Part shown: piece after piece, positions 57,126 to 64,000 of the stretch
How the letters are laid out: each line of letters opens with the position of its first letter
Position numbering within the stretch: position 1 is the first letter of the stretch
From: Octopus sinensis
Taxonomy: Eukaryota
Assembly: GCF_006345805.1 (NCBI RefSeq)
Contig: NC_043005.1
Location: 38,750,001-38,814,000, forward strand
Length of the DNA stretch: 64,000 nt
Direction of reading: 5' to 3'
Made by a program: the position numbers and the translations under genes
The notes under the pieces: generated by a model
Told to the model about the DNA's origin: nothing
Databases searched by the model: none
The model's input: the letters and a program-made list of their open reading frames with translations, nothing else

Positions 57126-57386
57126 ACAATCACAGTTGTCGATGAAAAGTATGTTCCATTTATTATATATATTTAATTTTACTTTATTATACTATTTCTT
57201 GCCCGGTTCCACAATAGTATATATATGAGCATGTATGCATAAATACATGCGTGTGTATTTTTGGATAGTCTCACATCTGTGTATAAATAGATTTGTAGAT
57301 ATATAAAATTATACATAGTACATTGTATGGAGGTTAGATTTTCAACCCAACATGTATCGATATAAACGGTAAATATAGGAAGAATG

Positions 57387-60233
57387 TAGGGTGTGTCAAT
57401 TTGAGCAACGTACTAAAAATCTAATTTGGTAGTGAAATTATTGTGACTTTTTACTCCCAAACTTGAGACATGTATACCAAAATGGATTAAAATAACTCTA
57501 GCTTACATCAATTTTATCCTAAATTTTCAATACGGTGTAGTTTTGAAACAACTGAAAATTTATTTGAAACCTGATTAGACTCTTATGCTATCACGCTTAT
57601 ATTATCTTTTAATTGGTTAAATGAATTAGTTAAATGAATGTTTACTCTTTTCAGGTATTCACAAGATGTCAAGAAGAAGACTAGAAGCTAGATGTCCCCC
57701 CACTTGAGCCTGTAAATCAAGTACAAGGAAAGAGTTTCCTGTACCAGAGCTTCCAACAGTGAGAGACATTTTTAGACTTGGATTACTACTTCGGGAACAA
57801 AATTCCAAGGAGAGAAGGAAATATACAGATGAGGAACTCATACATGATATATAAGGAAAGGCCTTGTCAGAGAGAGAGAAGAAAAGAAGAGAATGAAGAG
57901 CGCCAGTGGACAAAAGCTAATGCACAATTCGGACCGCCAGTGATCATACAGTGACGAACAATTGAACAAAAACTAATGGGATTGTAGCAGAAATCAGTAT
58001 ACACAACACTTGGTGAAGGAAACTTGGTTATAAAAAATGCTTTTCTACACTCACTTGATGCACTGTTCAATATTTTGAGCTGCAAGTGTTCCATAGTTTT
58101 GTGTTCAAAAGAGGATTGTTCTTCCACTGGTAAGAGAGGAAATCATTCCCGCATTGACTGTTGTTGCCCTCTTGAAAAGAAGATACCTTTTCTAGAGCTA
58201 GATTTCATAAGCTCAGCGAGTACAAAGGTAGGAGGCCAAGGCAGTATGCAAATGGGCTCAACTGATTATAAAGAAAGTAAGAGACAGATTTCTACTGAGA
58301 AAAGGAAAGGCATTGTCAGAGAGAAGGAAGAAAAGAAGAGTATGGAGAGTGAAGTCACGCAAAGAGAAGAACAGCACTGCCATGATGTTTATCAGTTGTT
58401 TGACAGTTCTTCTGAAGAAAATGACGTAACGTCAGATGAAAATTCTAAAGAATCTTCTGAAGCCATACCAAACAGAGGAAAATACAATAGAAGAAACTTT
58501 GCATTAGCTAGTATTCGTCACCACACTGGACTCCGTCAGGCTGCTGAAATTGCAAATGCCCATTGGATAGATGCAAGCCTCATCAGTCAAGTGGATTCAT
58601 CCTTGGTAATAGATCATAATAAACTCGGAATGAAAATAATGAGTGAGATATCTGATCAGCAAGAAAAAGAATTAAAAGGAGGGCTTTCCTGTCTTTTGTT
58701 CGATGGAAGAATAGATGAAGCCAAAGTTACGGTTGAAATAGATGGAATTTCTAAAACATTTCCAGGTCTAAATAGAGAAGAACATTATACTGTCTGCTCT
58801 GAGCTTGGTGGTCAGTTTTTGTTTCATTTTACACTTGAAGTTGACGTGGAAGGAACATCATATTCAGAGGTAATTGTTGATAACACCTTATGCTGGCTTC
58901 AAGAAAGAGGGCTTGAAAATTCAGTGCAGGATATTGGTGGGGATTCAATAGCAGTGAATATTGGCTAGAAGGGAGGAGTAATGAGTTATTTAGAGAAATA
59001 ACTTCAAAGAAGACATATTTGGATTATATGTGATTTACATACAGGTGAGCTACCTCTTCGTCACCTCATCCAGGAAATTGATTGTCCAACAAAAAGCCAT
59101 TATAAGTGGTCAGATCCTCTTGGTAACATGTTGGATGAAGTAACTCAACTGGAACTTTCCAAAGATTGAAGTAGGTCCTCCCATTCTAGTGTTACCAGAA
59201 GAAATTGTCTAAGACCTCAGAATAATATCGGTTTTATGCTTATCACATTGCTCAAGCAATAAGATCAGAGGAAGTACCTCAGCCATTGGCTCTCTTGGCT
59301 CACAGCCGTTGGCTAACTACAGCTCTGCGCGTCTGCGGGATTTGGATTTCCAGACACCAACTGAAGGGAAAGGCTCTGACGAATTTGAGATTAATTGTTA
59401 AATTTTTAGTTGGTGTTTATCGTCCCAACTGGTTCAATATTAAGCTCTATCAACAATGGGTTGATGGTCCCAATCACCTTTCTTTTCAATTGCAGTTGCT
59501 GGGAACACAATATAAGTTGGTGAAGGATATCGTGTTGCCTGTGGTAAGGAGGTCCGCATGATATGCTCGATCAGAAGCTGTGTTGCAAGCAATGCTTTTC
59601 CAGCCAATGTTCAAATCTTTGTACTGAGGTTATAGAAAGAATTAGCAGTGCCCTATTTGGAGATGACCATTTGGGAGACTGCTCATTTAATTGCCCAATT
59701 AAATGTCAATGCCATCAAGCTGTCTGAGTTGGTTAATTTGAGTTCTGAGGCCTTGGAACCACCACTGACAACATCCTTAACTAGTAAGAGTCTCAAAAGC
59801 TTTAAAGATACACCAATGATAGTACCAAAATGGCCATCACACATACAAAGTGTTGAGAGGTGTGTTAACATTCTCACTGAAGCTGCGAGTTATGCTTATA
59901 GTTACGATAAGCGAGAGAGTTATATCTAGGCACAAGCAGTCAGCGGGCAGCTGATAAAAAGAAACAACAGCAAGAAGGATGTGAAGGCTTTGACTACTTT
60001 CAAATAGTATATTGAAATGTATTATAGTATATATAAAACTTGAAAAAGAGCGATGATGATGAAAACCAATTATGTTCAAAGTTCTCAAAACATAAATTTA
60101 AAACTAATATTGATGTTGTGAAGAGTTATTCAAAATTGTTTTTCTTTCCAGAATTTTGTTTTATATGCTAAACGGCAACAATAAATTATTACCAAAATTG
60201 AAGATTATGAATTTTCCTATTTGACACAACCTA
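57387..60233 (+). mobile_element. hAT-related (hATm-like) DNA transposon with degraded transposase
   Basis: The imperfect TIRs are tagggtgtgtcaa (57387) and ttgacacaaccta (ending 60233). Transposase remnants at ~57670-60005 include LLFDGRIDE, EEHY, IGGDSIAVNIG*KGGV, WIICDLHTGELPLRHL (CxxH), HSRWLTTALR and PSHIQSVERCV. No TSD is visible. Confidence 0.75.
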
Positions 60234-60348
60234 CCAATTAGTAAGAAGGATACATGTGCGTATAAATAAATAAATATGTGTGTATGTGTGAGTGTATATA
60301 TATATATATACATACATACATACATACATACATACATACATACATACA

Positions 60349-60384
<36 letters not shown>

Positions 60385-60851
60385 TACATATATATACATA
60401 TATTTATATATATATATATATATATTTATACAAAATAAGAAAATGGAGAAATACACCTTAATCAATAATCAACTACCAGATAATACCCAATATATTTATT
60501 TATACATATTGTACTTATTGTATCATATTACTCATTGATGTGCATTGTTTTGTTCTGTACTATTATGTTTGACCTTGATGTTCATATGTAGTGGGTTAAT
60601 AAATTATGTAATTGGGCATTATTTGGTAGTTGATTATTCATTAAGGTGCATTTCTCCATTTTCTTATTTTGTATTATTAATTTGTGGTAAAACATTTTAC
60701 CTTCGCCCATATAATGCAATAAATGAATCAATTGCATCGCAATTCTTAACATTTATGTATTAACTTTGTTGGGTGCTTTATTAGCAGTATATTGGATATA
60801 TGTTATCCCATGGTGGATTGCACTCACAACCCCTATCCCAATTTATATATA

Positions 60852-60922
<71 letters not shown>

Positions 60923-61709
60923 CACATATATGAATAATACACTACCTTGCGTGTAAATAGAAAAATATGTGTACAGTCCACGTACGATAACTACGAATAT
61001 CTGATTTTTCTAATAGCTTCAGAGACATATAACATCAGGATGGTAATAAATTAACTTTAAATACAGGTTCGCTGGTATCTAGAATGGGGCTTGTTATTTT
61101 GTTGTGAAAAACGGATGGTAATTTAGACTCTCAAAAGAGACAAGGAAACAGTGGTTAAGTATTGAAATAGTCAGCCTTCACCACTTTATTATCACTATTT
61201 ATTATTACTAAATACTTAATCTTATTTTTCATTTTATTGTTCAGTCTTTTTAGGACTTTCTTCCTTATAATCTGACCATTAAGATAGAATGGTAATTTAT
61301 AGCCAACCGGATATTTTTTATCTTTTTAGCCTGTTTCTGTATGTATTTTGATTATAAATGGCACATCGGGTATACATTATTATACTAAGTAAAATGACTA
61401 GAGGATCTAACGATGGGCGTATTTGGACAGTCACATGAGAAGGGACAGTTTACACCTATGATGTATGATAATGATTACACAACCTGTACTAAAGACGTAA
61501 AAATATGTAGAAACAATTGTAATAATATTAGATAAAGAATGGCTTTCATTCCATTTGTCATCATATATCTATAGATATAATATAGTTGCCATATATAGAT
61601 AATACGTAATACGCATACAATATAACATATTTATTATAATTTTACAAATTTATATATATAAATATGTATATTTAAATATATTTGTAGATTTATTTAAATA
61701 GATATATAT

Positions 61710-61995
61710 ATTCTTTTATACGTTTCAGTCATTTTGACAATGGCCATGCTGGAGCACCGCCTTTAGTCGAACAGATCGAACCCAGGACTTATTCTTTATA
61801 AGCGTAATACATATTCTGTCGGTCTCTTTTGCCGAAAAGCTAGATAAGGGGACATAAACATAGCAACATCAGTTGTCGACCAATGGTGAGAAAGGGAACA
61901 AAGACAGACACGCAAGTACATACACACATACCAAATTCACTCACAAGGCACCATGTATTAGGGAACAAAGCTTCTCACTACTCAGCCGCTCCTGC
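61710..61995 (-). mobile_element. SINE family b copy, internally deleted
   Basis: It reads gtttcagtcattttgac..tggccatgctggagcaccgcctttagtcga..tcggtctcttttgccgaa. Confidence 0.75.
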
Positions 61996-62078
61996 GGTAC
62001 ACTAGGATGGCCGCAGTCAAATGACTGAAAGAAGTAAAAGAATAAAAGAATATATATATATATTTATATATATGTATA

Positions 62079-62145
<67 letters not shown>

Positions 62146-62245
62146 GATAGATAGATAGATAGTTATATATATATATATACATATGTATTTATATTTCTAT
62201 ATGCACATATATATATTTCTATTTCTATATGTATATGTATATATG

Positions 62246-62276
<31 letters not shown>

Positions 62277-64000
62277 ATGTGTGTGTGTGTGTGTGTATTT
62301 ATAGAAAAGGAAATAAGTAAGAAGTAAGTAAATATGTAAGTCAAGGGGTTAATGAAGTATGGCCGTTTCAGGCGGCTCCTTTTAATCGAACAATGCAAGC
62401 ATTACATCAATTTGAAATTCACCGCCATCTGCGGATGCAAAATTATAGGTTTTCAACAGACAGGATACTCCATTATAATTTTAAACAAACATTTCATCAG
62501 AACCAGGTAATGAAAGACTTCCATGCTGATACTGTTGTAGCAGAATAAACTGCAAGAGAAATAAATACCCGAACTACAATTTTGGAGTGGCAGAAGAGGA
62601 TTACAGTGGTGGTCAAGAGATGGTAATATAGCTAAAACCTTTATCTATCCCCTTATGACAATCAAAAGATCTAATGCAGCTAGAATACTGCGTCTACTAA
62701 GAATTAAAACCACTAGGATTTGACGGTTAATTTTATCTGCTGATCATCGATCAAAAATTATCAGATATTAATTCTCTCATTCTCTATGGCTATAAATTCC
62801 CTTGACCATATAACGAAACAAATCTCAGAAGTCATTAAGATAGTGATAAATGCCCAGGAAGAGGTAGGATAGGGGTGACAAAAACTCTTTTATTATTATC
62901 AGTTAAAGGGACCTACAATAGAAAACAGAGAACGCTACAATGAGATCTAAATAGCCATTAAGGGTGCTGAGGGAATAAAATATATAATCAAAGTATAGCA
63001 AAATGTATATCTTATTATAAATTGTATAATAAAAGAAAAAAAAATTATAAAGGGATATAAGAACCAGGTAAGATAAGAAGGATATATAGACAAATTTAAG
63101 CACTAAAATATAAGATTAGTTTTATATACAATAGAAGCTTCATAATATTTCATCCTAGCAGACCTTTGATATGGTCACGATAAAACCATTCATACAATGA
63201 ATCCAAATTACATTCAGAATTCTTCTGGGAAAGAGGTACACACTTTCTATTGATTGAAAACAAGGGAGCATAGGCAAAAAAAATAGATAAATGGTTCTAT
63301 AAGAGATAAAGTTATCTAAAAGTATGATTATATAAAAAGTTTCAACATTATGAAGTCTTAAGAAGATATAACACTATATGGGACGATGTGAATGTGTTCT
63401 CTATCAAAGAAGTGTTAAAGGATCAGACGAAGACAAGTACCAGCGTCGAGGAAGAGGAGGCGCATACAAACTGGGAAATGGTAAGAAAAAGAGCAGGAAG
63501 AGAAGAAAACGACACACGTGATAAAGGGTGACCCCCAGCCCACATCCACTCTACCCCAAACACTCCCTACAGACACCTACACAGGAGTCTCGAATTTACT
63601 TCCCCCATCCTGTGATGTAAAGTATGTGATAATGTACAACGGACAAAACGAAGAACTTTACAATGAGATAGAGTCATGGGATGGAGTGATAAAATGGATG
63701 TAACAGGAGTAAAGGGTCTGCTCGAGTACATTCACTATGCGTTGGCAGACCCAGAGTATCTGTTAAGATTAAAGGATTATGTTGAAAACTTTGACTGCGA
63801 GTGGTGGGTCAAGAAAACAGATACTAGCACAATGTCTGAACGGGTAAAATACTTTGATATTTTAAAGAAGTAAAATATAGACAATCTGCGGAAAAGTGGA
63901 GATTAGCTGTTGCAAATGGTGTTGTAAAGAGTTTTGTTAACTAGTGTTCTAAAGAAAGAAGTTGTATTAACAGGTTCAATGAAGTTGCGTGGAGGTGGAG

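Larger units (their letters stand above)
56563..57157 (-). mobile_element. Retrozyme-like or Penelope pLTR-like tandem (1.7 copies of a 353-bp unit)
   Basis: Units start at 56563 and 56916 and are near-identical. Each carries a minimal hammerhead motif on the minus strand. Confidence 0.75.

Overview
This is a 64-kb AT-rich animal genomic window dense in microsatellites. The repeat landscape suggests a cephalopod such as Octopus (inference). No host protein-coding exon could be recognised, and most ORFs in the track are microsatellite artefacts. The dominant feature is a full-length 6.2-kb Helitron (641-6833) with exact A|TC...CTAG|T ends and a 3' hairpin. It encodes a Rep/PIF1-helicase with an N-terminal array of 23-aa STPR-like repeats. 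It sits inside an internally deleted CR1-group LINE, whose reading frame rejoins exactly when the Helitron is removed. Three non-autonomous Helitrons cluster at 23.0-25.4 kb, one of them a chimera carrying the autonomous element's 5' end. The window also holds several minimal type I hammerhead-ribozyme motifs of different sequence families. These include a 353-bp retrozyme-like tandem at 56.6-57.2 kb and a canonical-core hammerhead at 26.2 kb beside a Penelope GIY-YIG remnant. Other features are R4/Dong-like LINE remnants in (AAT)n, an RTE remnant, Tc1/mariner fossils, a hAT-related (hATm-like) transposon, a MITE, many tRNA-derived SINEs and an unidentified coding-like relic at the right end. 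Boundaries of degraded repeats are approximate; all calls were made by eye.
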